Shown piece by piece: positions 1 through 12,225 of a stretch of 64,000 nt of DNA. Below the pieces are notes generated by a model. It was given only the letters and a program-made list of their open reading frames with translations. It did no database searches and had not been told where the DNA came from. The stretch's first letter is position 1. Each line of letters starts with the position of its first letter. This DNA is from Octopus bimaculoides (lineage: Eukaryota). Where the stretch lies: assembly GCF_001194135.2 (NCBI RefSeq), contig NC_068984.1, positions 25,674,225 to 25,738,224 on the forward strand, read 5' to 3'. Both the position numbers and the translations under genes were made by a program.

Positions 1-132
1 GGCGCCCCCGTTTTAAAATAGATCCAAAAGCTTTTTTTTAATCATTTTATTAATTTCTTTCTAAATTAAAATGTCTTATCTGTAATATCTTCACCTCCAT
101 CGTTTATATGTATAGATCTCTAATCTATTGTC

Positions 133-166
<34 letters not shown>

Positions 167-387
167 TTGAATATAGAGAACAAATTTTACAGTGGCTTGT
201 AGATATTTGACATCTACTCCTAGCATTGGCGATGGTCATTTCCAGTAGCCCTTAACTATAATTATATTTTTATAATTATATACGTGGTAAATGAAAGACG
301 GAAGATAGAATATACGAGAATTTTTTATTATTAGTCACAAGTGTTTCGACACATCTACCACCGATCCCTCACGAGTGGGACACTTAC

Positions 388-485
388 CAACTGGTCCATG
401 AGCATCCGGCAGTGCTGATATTTCTCATCGGGTGACAAAGAGATACAACTCGTTAAAATAACAGTTCCGCAATGTACCTTCTCAT
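388..485 (-). CDS. Candidate early coding exon of an unidentified minus-strand gene (possible signal peptide; 1-nt frame problem)
   Basis: Strong donor CAGTTG|gtaagt at 387, CpG-rich unique sequence, and an open frame ...LTSCISLSPDEKYQHCRMLMDQL. The ATG at 485 (MRRYIAELLF*) is one base out of frame with it. Confidence 0.35.
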
Positions 486-1279
486 TTCGAAGAAAGAAAA
501 ACAGCAAAACGAAGGGAATATCTTCATTTATATAGATCAAAAATAAAGTCACATATATATACACTTTCGGCGGCCTCTAATCGGCACGTATTTTTTTGTA
601 AGCTCCCAGAAAATCGCTAAGAAATTTCTAAAAAGCTGCGATTTCTATCGCAAAAAAAAAGCAAAAAAAAAAATAAATAAAATAAAGCTAAAAAAGCTCT
701 GAATGTTTTCCTGAGTGACAAAGAATACATTTGAAGAAATACAAATTGGTTATATTAAAAAAAGAAGAATCGTTTGCGAATGTAAGAAGTGTAGAAATCC
801 TATCATAAATTGGGCATTGCAAATAACAACAGGTCGATTTTACGAAATTTCTAAAATAACTGCGATTTTCGATCGAAAAAGTCACAATCTAAATAACTCC
901 TGAGAGAAACACAACACATTTAAAGAAATACCAACTGTAATATATAGAAGAGAAGCAAAAAAGCCCTTACGAATACACGAAACGTAAACAGAGTATCGTA
1001 TTAAGCAGCACGTGGTATTACAATGATTTGAAAAGAAGTTCCAAATCTTCCACGGCTTTGGAAATACCCGTCTCTTAGGAAAAACTGGATAAATATCTTT
1101 GCGCATTTTCTGTCACTTATTGAAAGCTATTATTAGATGAAAGTAGAAAGTTAAATTTACATACGGTCTTTTCTCTGTGTTTTGCTTTTGACTTACGAGA
1201 TTATTGATTATTGTAAATAGGTTCAAATTTCGTTATTCCTAATTTAACAGCGTTTCCGTAGTCACAGATAGGCATATAT

Positions 1280-1555
1280 TTCTTTCTTTCTTTCTTTATT
1301 TATATTCCCTATCCAAGTCTTTTCAAGAGTTTGCAAACCAGACGGCCATAACTTTTCTTCTCTCTCTCTCTCTCCCTTTTTCTCACTTCTCTCCATCACA
1401 CAGGCTTTCCTCGTTTCTCTCTTTCTCTCTCTGTTTCTTCTCTCTAAATATATAGACACCCTCTCCTTATCTCTTTCTCTCTTTCTCCATATCTTTACTT
1501 CTCTCCATCGCACCGTCCTTTTTCTCTCAGCCCCTCAATCTTCCTAAATATATAT

Positions 1556-1605
<50 letters not shown>

Positions 1606-2100
1606 GAGAGAGAGAGAGAGAGAGAGAGAGACTCGTTCGTCTCCCAGCCCCTCAATCTTTATTATAGACATACACACCAATTAACACACAGCTGGTCACA
1701 TTCCAACCATATTGAAAGGACATTCAGCACAATNNNNNNNNNNACACACACACACACACACACACAGAGAGAGAGCTGGACATAAAACCCATCCAATAAA
1801 TGCTTTTAAGCCACTCTCTCGGCAGGAACCCACAGAGATTCTCTCTCTCTCTTTCTCTCAGCCCCTCAACCTCTATTATAAACACATACTTCCTCTCTCT
1901 TTTTCTCTCTCTTCACTTCTCTCCTTCACGCCGTCTTTCTTCTCTCAACCTCCCAATCTTTCTAAATATATAGACACTCTCTTTCTCTGTTTCTTTCTTT
2001 GTTCCTCTCCTCTCTCAGCCTCTCAATCTCTCTAAATATATAGACACTCTCTCACCACCACCCCCTACTTTCTTACTTTATTTCTTCACTATCTTCCATC
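1280..2100. repeat. CT/GA-rich low-complexity and compound microsatellite block with internal ~30-40 bp repeats (ctctcagcccctcaatct...)
   Basis: (CT)n, (GA)n, (TA)n and (CA)n tracts; the unit 'cagcccctcaatc' recurs at ~1528, 1644, 1860 and 2016. Confidence 0.85.
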
Positions 2101-2125
2101 ACACCGTTAAAAAAATCCGTAAAAA

Positions 2126-4573
2126 ATGTTCAGAAATCGCAGGAGCATGGAACTAGCATTATTTTTTAGAGCCTGGTATTGTGCTGAAGAAGATAACCCA
2201 AACAATATCATCACAGGTGTGCTGAAGAGCAATAACTACTCAAGAACTTTAGCATGGATAGAGCGAAAGAAGCAGGAGTCAATACGCTCCTACGCTCTCA
2301 TAAGATCCCACATCAGCACTCTTGATGCCATCTTTGATAATGAACAGAGCAAAGATGACAAGGATGGAGGCACAGATGTAGGTGAAAGATGTTCCCCCCC
2401 ACTTGGTAGACACTCAAGGAAACAAAGAAGGTATAAGCGAGAAACCTGCCAGGAAAGAAAACCCAAGTGCAAGTGTCCCTACCACCATCAAAAGGAAAAC
2501 CCGAGGAGGTGAAAGAGCTAGGAAGGAACAACCAAAAGGAGCAAAAACAAAAGATGAAACAGTCGAAGAAAGAAGCAAATCTGATTGCCCATACAACAGA
2601 AAGGATAAAAAGAGATGGCACACATGAATGTGTAAATTTTACTTGAAAGGTGTCTGCTGGCATGAAGAGGGAGATGCAAGCTGCAGTTTTGCACACCAAA
2701 GACCCTGCCACACCAACATGAAACAGGGTGGAAACCACTTGCCAAAAGGAAAGGACTACGCATCATCTGCCCCAAAACGGAAATACGCAGATGTAGTGCA
2801 TGCTACAAACCAGTCCTATCAACATGTTGGAAGGGCAGCTGCTGAACAACAATCTTTATTGTGCATGGTACAAAAGATTGTACAGCAACCGACCTGGCTA
2901 CATCAATCTCACAGATGGGACTATCCCCAATACACAAGACCACCACAGCAAATAGATCCAAGGTGAACACCACTGGCAACAACGCAGACATCACATCGGT
3001 GCTCTTACTGAACATCAGAGGAGTATTAACACTTAGTAACAGGACAAAAATTCCTTTCCTGAGAGACCTTCCTGCATGCAATCAAGCCTTATGCATAGCA
3101 CTTATAGAAATATACCTGAAACCAGATCTAGCAAATGCAGAAATATACATACCACAGTATGTTGTATTACGGACCAACAGAAAAGAAAAAAGTCATTGTG
3201 GAGTTGCTATGTACTTCCGCGAAGACCTCACACCCCAGGTCCTTTTGTACGTATAAGACAACTCGATGTAGTTATATGTACTACATATCACTCTCCAGAT
3301 GCTCCGAATTATGCAGACAAGTTCGAAGACTGCCTTACAAAGATAGAAGTTCTAGTTACATTAGAACAACACATAAGTGCATTTCTTATGGAAGATTTCA
3401 ATCTACCCAATGTCAGATGGCCTGAGGGCCTTTCTCTCCTAGGAATGGCGTGTTGCGAACAAGGACAGGTGAGGTCCCTCCTGAACCTCATCAACACTTT
3501 GTACATGGAACAAATGGTACTCCAGCCAACCAGGGCAGGTGATATACTGGATCTCTGCTTCACAAATAATATGGATCTCATCCATAGTGTGAAAGTGACG
3601 CCGGCGCTACTCTTAGATCACCACATTGGTAGAGCTGACCATGTACGGACCAAAGGAAACCATGGACATGCAGCCTGCATGAAACCCTCAAAATCTTTCC
3701 AGTTTGAACTCCCGTAAGACAAACTTGAAACAAATTGAGAAAGATCTCTTCAAAGAAAACTGGCCTAAATGTCTCTCCTCACCAGACATCGACATGAAAC
3801 TTCAACAAGTCATGTCTATAATGTAAGCCATATGCTACAAATATGTCCCAGAGAGAAAGGCCACTGTACACAAGAGCGAAATTGCTAGGGAGAGGAAAAT
3901 TCTTATGAGACGGCGTACAAAAATTTCAAATCGCCTAAACAAACAAATTGAAAGCAGTGAAAAATCCCACCTGAAAATACAACTGCTAGAGACTGAAAAA
4001 AATCTGAAACTCTCCCATGAAAAAGAAAGAGAAGACAAAGAAGCCTTGGCTGTAGACAATATAAAATCTAAACCCAGAGCCTTCTACAAGTTTTCCAAAG
4101 AAACAGCCTCAGTGCACTGCAGGGTAGGGCCGCTCCTCGAAAAAGATGGTTCACTCACAGGAAACCCAATGAGGATAAGTGAATTCCCAGCAATTCCTTG
4201 ATGAATTCCCAGTAATCCTTCTAAAAGCATGTAAGTGAGTCCTAGCAAGACCACTGCAGTCCTTCTTCCAGAGCTTCCTTACAACTGGCAAACTTCCAAG
4301 CAAGCTGAGGAAGGTAAACTATGCCCTCTTCATAAAGGAGGTAGCAAAGCAGAGACCAAAAGCTATAGACCTATCTCTCTGACCTCGCACATCAGCAAAG
4401 TCATGGAACGAATACTCAGAAGAAAACTAATCACCTTCCCTAACGAAATTGACTTGCTGACTACACTCAACGTGGTTTTCAACAGATCTTACAACACCAC
4501 GACTGGGTGTTGAAACAGCTGCTCAACCACTGAAATGTGGATGTGTTGCAAAGGCCTTCGATAAAATCGATCA
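2126..4573 (+). mobile_element. Decayed APE-type non-LTR retrotransposon (CR1/L2/Jockey group): ORF1 with CCCH zinc finger, endonuclease, start of RT
   Basis: Frameshifted ORFs give CKFYLKGVCWHEEGDASCSFAH (CCCH), the EN motifs LLNIRG, IALIEIYL, EDFNLP, PTRAGDILDLCFTN and LDHH, and the RT motifs PLHKGGSKAETKSYRPISLTSHISKVMERI and KAFDKIDH (~4551-4573). Confidence 0.9.
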
Positions 4574-4819
4574 TATATATAAAACAAGTTTGAAAACGGC
4601 ACTATATAAGATACATTTTAATTTTCTCAGAGATATTTTACATGTTTCGGTTCTTCTTGAAAAAACGAACCTTATCAAAAATACATATTTTTAAAAGTGT
4701 AATAAAAGAAAAGTTCATAATTTTTTCTTACTAGTGTCAACAGAGTCCACGTGGAAGCGTTTTATGTGTGGGAACATAATGGCTGTCTTATACGTTGACT
4801 AGAATCGTTGGCTGTATCA

Positions 4820-4850
<31 letters not shown>

Positions 4851-6862
4851 NNNNNNNNNNNNNNNNNNNNNNNNNNNNNNNNNNNNNNNNNNNNNNNNNN
4901 NNNNNNNNNNNNNNNNNNNNNNNNNNNNNNNNNNNNNNNNNNNNNNNNNNNNNNNNNNNNNNNNNNNNNNNNNNNNNNNNNNNNNNNNNNNNNNNNNNNN
5001 NNNNNNNNNNNNNNNNNNNNNNNNNNNNNNNNNNNNNNNNNNNNNNNNNNNNNNNNNNNNNNNNNNNNNNNNNNNNNNNNNNNNNNNNNNNNNNNNNNNN
5101 NNNNNNNNNNNNNNNNNNNNNNNNNNNNNNNNNNNNNNNNNNNNNNNNNNNNNNNNNNNNNNNNNNNNNNNNNNNNNNNNNNNNNNNNNNNNNNNNNNNN
5201 NNNNNNNNNNNNNNNNNNNNNNNNNNNNNNNNNNNNNNNNNNNNNNNNNNNNNNNNNNNNNNNNNNNNNNNNNNNNNNNNNNNNNNNNNNNNNNNNNNNN
5301 NNNNNNNNNNNNNNNNNNNNNNNNNNNNNNNNNNNNNNNNNNNNNNNNNNNNNNNNNNNNNNNNNNNNNNNNNNNNNNNNNNNNNNNNNNNNNNNNNNNN
5401 NNNNNNNNNNNNNNNNNNNNNNNNNNNNNNNNNNNNNNNNNNNNNNNNNNNNNNNNNNNNNNNNNNNNNNNNNNNNNNNNNNNNNNNNNNNNNNNNNNNN
5501 NNNNNNNNNNNNNNNNNNNNNNNNNNNNNNNNNNNNNNNNNNNNNNNNNNNNNNNNNNNNNNNNNNNNNNNNNNAAAAAAAAAAAAAAAAAAAAAACAAG
5601 CCTCGCTCACAACATACGTATACACATCCAAATACACTTCTGAAAATCTACACACCCCCATCACTACACAGATACCCCTCGGTTTACATCTACGTTTATT
5701 TTAGCAATAGTTTTCGTAGTGTTCATTGATCTTCGTCTAGATCTATCGATTAGGAATTTCTAAGTTCCCAAAGAAACTATTTTGGCAAATATGTTATACT
5801 TATGCATTACGTAATAAAATGGCCGATCTACATAGACTTAGATTTCTTTAATGCGTTCATTTCTGATGACAGACTTTTGTGTCTGAACTGTATAAAGGCT
5901 TCTCAACTTTCCCTTTATGCATTGAAAGAAGCCCTCTGTCCTTATTATTTCTCATTGTAAATTAAATCTGATTTAGCTGGTCACGAAATAGCGCTATTTT
6001 TTTTTTTTTTTTTATCTATTAAGGAAATTCTTATGGAGCAGTCAGAGAGGGATGCTTCATAATAGCCAATGCTAAGTATTAATTCACTGTTGTGAACTCT
6101 GGCTCCAAGATAAGGCATTCCAAGGTCAATTCAGTTTCCCTACAAATTAAGTTTTACATCAAGACAAATAGATTTAGATACGTGGACTGAAAGATAATGC
6201 AACATAGATAAAAAGATATAATTTTTAAAGACGTTGACTGTCTGTCTAGCTATTGTGCGTGTGTGTGTAGCTTCAAAGGATATTATTATTAATACTTTTA
6301 TAATTATCTCCTCGTCACCATTTCCGGTCCATATTAGCACAGAAAATATACTCGAGATGTGCATTTAAGGATTTGGTTCCCTCACCATGTATGCTGATGG
6401 AAGTTGCCACTTAGAAGCAAAGTTCGTGTCTGTAGTTATAAGTCTGCTCTATTTTTAGTTCTTGAAGGAACCAACTGAAAAGTAAAAAGACCCACGCATA
6501 GAGTTAGACAATGTACCAAATAAATAAATAAATAAATAAGAGCAGGAACCTCTCTCTTTCTCTTTCCGCCTATCCCTAAATTTCATTAAGTGATACTTGA
6601 AGACGTTTAGTCATTGAAACAAAAGTTAGCAATTGGATACAGATAACAAATTTCATTGAAGAATAGAAGCCAGTCCAAGAGCTAATCAAAGGAAATAGTT
6701 ACCACGTAAAAGAGTTTTCCCTTTTCCTTTATAAACCAAAGTAAAGAAAGTCTTTTGCAAGATTTATAAGTGAAAAGAATATTGATTTTAGTAAATTAAA
6801 ATCCAATTTATCCAGAATATAAAATGTGGTTAGTTAAAATATTCTCTAGTATAGTATTTGTA

Positions 6863-7164
6863 CAGGTACACCATCGACTTTCCAGAATCTTTGGTTCCAA
6901 AGCCTTCTCTCGTAGATTTTTCCGAACCAGTGGTGGTCACCTTGGTCAACACATTCTAAATTAAACAAATATTAAATTTACTTAAATAAGTAAATGAAAT
7001 ACAGGTCTCTATACAGTAGTATAAATGATACGAGTTTATTAATACTGTACTGTGCAAGGTACCAATAAACTAGGCTGGGGGAATTTGAAGTTTCTGCTCG
7101 TAAATTCGTGCGAATTATAAGATGAATCGGATCATTAGTGTCCGGAAAGTTGGTATTGTATCTG
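6863..7164. mobile_element. pogo/Tigger-like MITE with TA target duplication
   Basis: TA|caggtacaccatcgactttccaga at the left and tccggaaagttggtattgtatctg|TA at the right (imperfect inverted termini). Confidence 0.65.
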
Positions 7165-7589
7165 TACTTATATTTGTTAACTTTAAAAGAAAACGATGGC
7201 AAAATATTAATCAACTTTTCAAAAATAATCATGTTTGGAGCAAAATTTTTTTCAAACAAGTGGACATTCATTCATACTTTGATTGAAGAAACTATAACAT
7301 CATGGCCTAGGACAAAATGTTAGCGTTTAACATTTGAAGATATAGATTTTGCTTTAGTATAATAGACTGACACTAATTTTTGGATTGACGTCTATAAAAA
7401 AAACCAAAAATACCCTAAGCCCTTTTAACCTTGTTCACAGTTCGACCTTTATCGCAGAAACCACCAAAGAAAGAGAGAGAGGGAGGGAGAGGGAGAGACT
7501 GTCAAGCTAATTAGCGAAAACTTAATGGAAAATTAGGTATACGTCTTTGCTACTATAAGCTAGTTCCAAAGTTCAATTACACACACATA

Positions 7590-7635
7590 CAAGTGTGTGT
7601 ATGAGTATATATAAGTATGTATATGTATATATGTG

Positions 7636-7698
<63 letters not shown>

Positions 7699-7800
7699 CT
7701 ATATATATACATATACACGGACATATAAGACACGCACTCACACACACATATATACATATATGTATATATATGTATTTGCCCACATCAACACATGCACACG
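7590..7800. repeat. (CA)n/(TA)n compound microsatellite
   Basis: Seen directly. Confidence 0.95.
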
Positions 7801-8127
7801 AATGAGCGTTATGTGTTGACGTGGGCAAATCATATTTCATGATTGTGCTCTCGGATTCACATTTTGTTTTAGCAAGGTCCAGAGCATGCAGATTTCATAT
7901 AACTTCCTTTATATATTAGCGGCATGTTTTTCCCCTCTTTTGTTTTATGTGAACTTACGTAATCATTGATTCCCACCAATTTATTTGGCTTAAATGAAAC
8001 ACATCAAGTCGAGAAGAAATTCAAAAGGTGTGTGTGCGTGCGTGCGTGCGTGCGTGTGTTGCTGCATATGCGTTCTCTGTACGCACGCACACTTATCCTA
8101 ACACTCTTATTACATGTTTTTCGGTTG

Positions 8128-8137
8128 TTGACGTCAA
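8128..8137. promoter_or_regulatory. Perfect CRE palindrome TTGACGTCAA within a locally CpG-enriched unique segment (~7800-8450)
   Basis: Sequence match only; no transcript evidence. Confidence 0.25.
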
Positions 8138-10289
8138 AAGCCGTCTGCAAATATTACATTCAGAAAGCGAAATGTATTTTTCCTTTCCTTTTTTGTTTTT
8201 TAGACATAAAATCAGTTACGTAACATACACGCATATTAATCTACAAATTGTTGCAATCACTTCAGCACATATTAGAATTTATGGGGGAATCTTCTTAAAG
8301 AAATGCTTATACGTATACAGAAGAAAAAGAAAGAAAAGCGGGAGAAATACTGAGAGATGAGAGGTTGGAAAGGGTGGAGTAATTTTTAAAATAAAAACAG
8401 CTAAACTCCAAGACAAAGGTCGAGGCCAAACGTATAATGTATAGGAGGGGGGGGGGTCTTAAATTGTTAAAGAATTTATGAAACTGCAGATAAAATTCAA
8501 GAGCTCATTGTTAAATATTTAAAGTAGTAATAAGTTTTAAAGTGTAAGGCTATACAAGCCTATTTGAGGAATCAATTTATGTATATACGTACGTACGTAC
8601 GTATGTATGTATGTACGTATGTATGTATGTATGTATGTATGTATGTATGTATGTATGTATGTGTGCTTATATGTATATATCCGTGCACAAATACGCATAT
8701 ACTTGTGTGTGCATGTATCCATTTTATAAATTTATATACATACGCGTAGACACTAACGTTATCTTAAACATGTCATGTTAGCACATATATGCTGCAAAAG
8801 TTGGTGCACAAATAATACTGAGTTTATATATCGATTTTCTTCTATTCATTAAGATGTGCATATTTATGTGCTTTAATGTGTGTGTGTAGTGTGTGCATGT
8901 ATTTTTTTTTTTTTATCTCTGTTTGCGTTTCGGCGGTGAATATGTGCATATGTATTTATTTCAATGTATTTTCTCCCACTTTCTCCCTTAAATGACATAC
9001 AACAGTGAAAGTGGGCAATTCGTATTGGGGTTAATATGGTTTTTGGTGCTGCTGCTCTTTTTGTGGATATGTGTCCTGACATGTTTGTGTAGACTAAGTG
9101 GAAGGAATATTATTCTTAATAGGGTGTTTTGGTATCGTTGAAGCATATTATAGATATGTCTGGATGTTTCAAATACTTTTGTTTCCTTTTAAGAAGAAAA
9201 AGAAAACATTGAGGAATTTAATTGCAGGTGGTGTTGGATGAGACTGTTCTTGTGCTCTTTATATTAACAGGCTCTTTATATTAGAAGACTCAAGAATTCC
9301 CACAAACACCTGACAGCCAGGCAGCAATTATACTGAATGGTGAACAGAAAGTATACACAAAAGTCTCATATTTTCTTATCAGACATCCAGTATGTGAATG
9401 GAGTTATAAAAGAAGAATGCTAGCATTTGATTGTTCAGCCAAGTGATGTTCAGATTCTTTTTGAAGCATTTTTGGTGTAACGATTCAAGTCTTTTATGCT
9501 TTCAGTATGCAGTCTGATTTCCCATGCCATAAAAGGTATCAAAATCAAACAGCTTTATGTACCTATGCCTGTGTGTTCTTTGTCTGTGTATATCTCTGTG
9601 TTCTTTTTCTGTGTATATCTGTCTCTTCTGTCTCTCTCACTTTCTCTCTCATAGAACACACCACTGCAGATTTTTGTAGTGGTTGTTATGCTATGGTCAT
9701 AACAGATCTTATAAACTTGGTTTTATCTAAATATAACTAGCTGGAGCAATTAATTTCTAAATTTCATTGTTAATGTTTGTTTTAATATAAAATTTGGTTA
9801 CTAAAAATAACTAAACCTAATGAATTTTCCAGGGTGGAGTTATTTACTATAATTATTGTATTATGCAAATGAGAGTTGTGTGAATAACTTAATTTTGTTC
9901 ATATTATCTTTTAGAAAAACATGTGCAAAGCTGTCAACAATAGCTTGTAGAGCTACTTGAAAAGCTGCACAGATAGCTGGAATATTAACATATTTGTAGC
10001 TCTATTACTGAATTTATGATGCATTTGATTTCAACTTTCAATTAAGATAAAAGTCATTTCAATCTGTTCCATGTGAAATATATATTCACTGACGGAAACA
10101 ATTGGTCACCATGTAGAACATTGCAGTTAACAAAAAAACGGAGAACAATATGGGTGTAATAATATAGCCTTGTTTGAATCAAGTTATTCTGTCATAGGTT
10201 TAATACTACTGCTGTCATTGTTATTGTGCACAACAGTTAAGGTACAGTAAAAGTGGTAAATTTATATCAAAATATTAATAAACTCTTAT

Positions 10290-10480
10290 GAAGCTGGCAG
10301 AATCATTACCATATCGGAAAAAATACTTTGCAGCTTTTCATCCATCTTCACATTTTGAGTTCAAATTCCAGCAAGGTCAACTTTGCCTTCAGGTTCACTA
10401 AAATAAGTACCAGTTGGTCGATGTAATCAACTTACCCCCTCCCTCCAAATTGCTGGCCTTGTGCCAAAATTTGAAACCAA
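10290..10480 (+). mobile_element. Short tRNA-head SINE family C ('gagctggcagaa..gttagca..' head)
   Basis: Similar copies at ~11975-12165, 13885-14095, 15830-16025(-), 16070-16275, 18200-18350(-), 18365-18560(-), 18577-18785, 36173-36390 and 49400-49615. Confidence 0.8.
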
Positions 10481-10778
10481 TATAACTCTTATGAAGTTTG
10501 TTTCAATTCTCATTATATATGACTCAAAAATATATAAATAATGAAATAAATAAATAATGAAATTATTTATTCAAATGTGAACAAGAACAGTAAATCTCTT
10601 TAGTACATGTGAATTCATATGTGAAAATTACTGCTTGTATTATAAGCATGTATACATAGTCAACTTACCAGTGAAAATTTATAGTGGCTTCTGAACCAGA
10701 CATTCTGGATATTGTGATTGGGATGGGAAGAGAATATCAGAAATGATAGAATAATTGATTAAATTTCTTCTATTAGTT

Positions 10779-11311
10779 ACTCTTTTACTTGTTTCAGTCA
10801 TTTGACTGCGGCCATGCTGGAGCACTGCCTTTAATTGAGCAAATCGACCCCAGGATTTATTCTTTGTAAGCCTAGTACTTATTCTATCGGTCTCTTTTGC
10901 CGAACCGCTAAGTTACGGTGACGTAAACACACCAGCATCGGTTGTCAAGCGATGTTGGGGGACAAACAGACACACAAACACACACACACACACACACACA
11001 CATACACACACACACACACACACACANNNNNNNNNNNNNNNNNNNNNNNNNNNNNNNNNNNNNNNNNNNNNNNNNNNNNNNNNNNNNNNNNNNNNNNNNN
11101 NNNNNNNNNNNNNNNNNNNNNNNNNNATATATATATATATATATATACGACGGACTTCTTTCAGTTTCCATCTACCAAATCCACTCACAAGGCTTTGGTC
11201 GACTTGAGGCTATAGCAGAAGACACTTGCCCAAGGTGCCACGCAGTGGAACTGAACCCAGAACCATGTGGTTGGTAAGCAAGCTACTTACCACACAGCCA
11301 CTCTTGCACCT
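10779..11311 (-). mobile_element. tRNA-derived SINE family A with internal (CA)/(TA) microsatellite (octopus OR/CORE-like)
   Basis: Head aggtgcaagagtggctgtgtggtaagtagc...ggttcagttcc (A/B boxes), central caccttgggcaagtgtcttc, tail gaaacaagtaaaagag; multiple near-identical copies in the window. Confidence 0.88.
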
Positions 11312-11599
11312 AGTTACATTTCTTTAGATTCTCTGTTCAAATTCTGTTAAAGTTGACTTCATTCTTTTTTCTTTATAAAGGTTCATAAAAACCAGTCACT
11401 AGTCAAGTACTGAAGTCATATATATAAGCAGCTGTTTCCTGCTTTCAAAATGTGTGGCCTTGTGCCAATACTTGAAAATATTATTTGTTCAAGTCTTGAT
11501 AAGATCAATTTTGCCTTCCATCTTTTCCAGATCAATATAAAAATCAGGTACTGGTCAATTACTAGGAGCAGTAGAAGTGATACCTTCTCCTTTGAATGC

Positions 11600-11910
11600 A
11601 TGGGGCTTAGAGGTTAGGGGCATTCAGCTCACAATCATAAGGTTGTGAATTTGATTCCCAGCAGTGTGTTGTATCCTTGAGCAAGACACTTTATTTCACA
11701 TTGTTTCAGTCTGGCAAAAATAAGTAGTACCTGTATTTCAAAGGGCCGGCCTTGTCACATTTTGTGATATGCTGAATCTCCCTGAGAACTACGTTAAGGG
11801 TATACGTCTGTGGATTGCTTAGCCACTTGCATGTTAATTTCATGAGCAGGCTGTTCCATTGATCATATGAATTGGAACCTTCATCGTTGTAACTGATGGA
11901 GTGTCAGTTA
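11600..11910 (+). mobile_element. Diverged SINE family D copy
   Basis: Shares 'gagaactacgttaagggta..ctgtgga..gctcagccacttgcacgttaatttc' with 34213-34580 and 48447-48830. Confidence 0.75.
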
Positions 11911-12170
11911 AAACTCTCTCCCAAAATTGCTGGCTTGGTGCCGAAATTAGAAGCAATTATTGCAAAGCAATGAGCCAGCTGAATCATTAGTGAGTCAGAA
12001 AGAAAGTGCTTTGTGGTATTTAGTTACTTTTTTACACTCAGAGTTCAAATTTTGCTGAGGTCAACTTTTCTTTCCATCCTTGCCAATAAAATAGCAATCA
12101 AGTACTGCGGTTTTGATATCAACTAACCACTTCCCCTCAAAATTGCTGGCCTTATACCTAAAGAAGACAC

Positions 12171-12225
<55 letters not shown>

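Noticed and set aside
4762-5704. Long 260-300 aa ORFs in the track (also at 12326-13058, 47074-47698 and 49731-50350)
   Set aside because: They are runs of X produced by translating N gaps plus microsatellites.
5862-5900. CTGATGA followed by a cagac/gtctg hairpin (hammerhead- or C-box-like)
   Set aside because: Followed by GAAC rather than GAAA, with no stem I or III pairing; no partner D box with a terminal stem identified.
7560-8749. ORFs with HTHT/CVCV/YIYI repeats (also near 1561, 10908, 20539 and 52552)
   Set aside because: Translations of dinucleotide and tetranucleotide microsatellites.
8992-9141. Idea that the small TM ORF is OST4 or another OST subunit clustered with STT3B
   Set aside because: No resemblance to the OST4 pattern (MITD.QL..F.N.LG..LF.L.V.YHY); kept only as an anonymous smORF finding.
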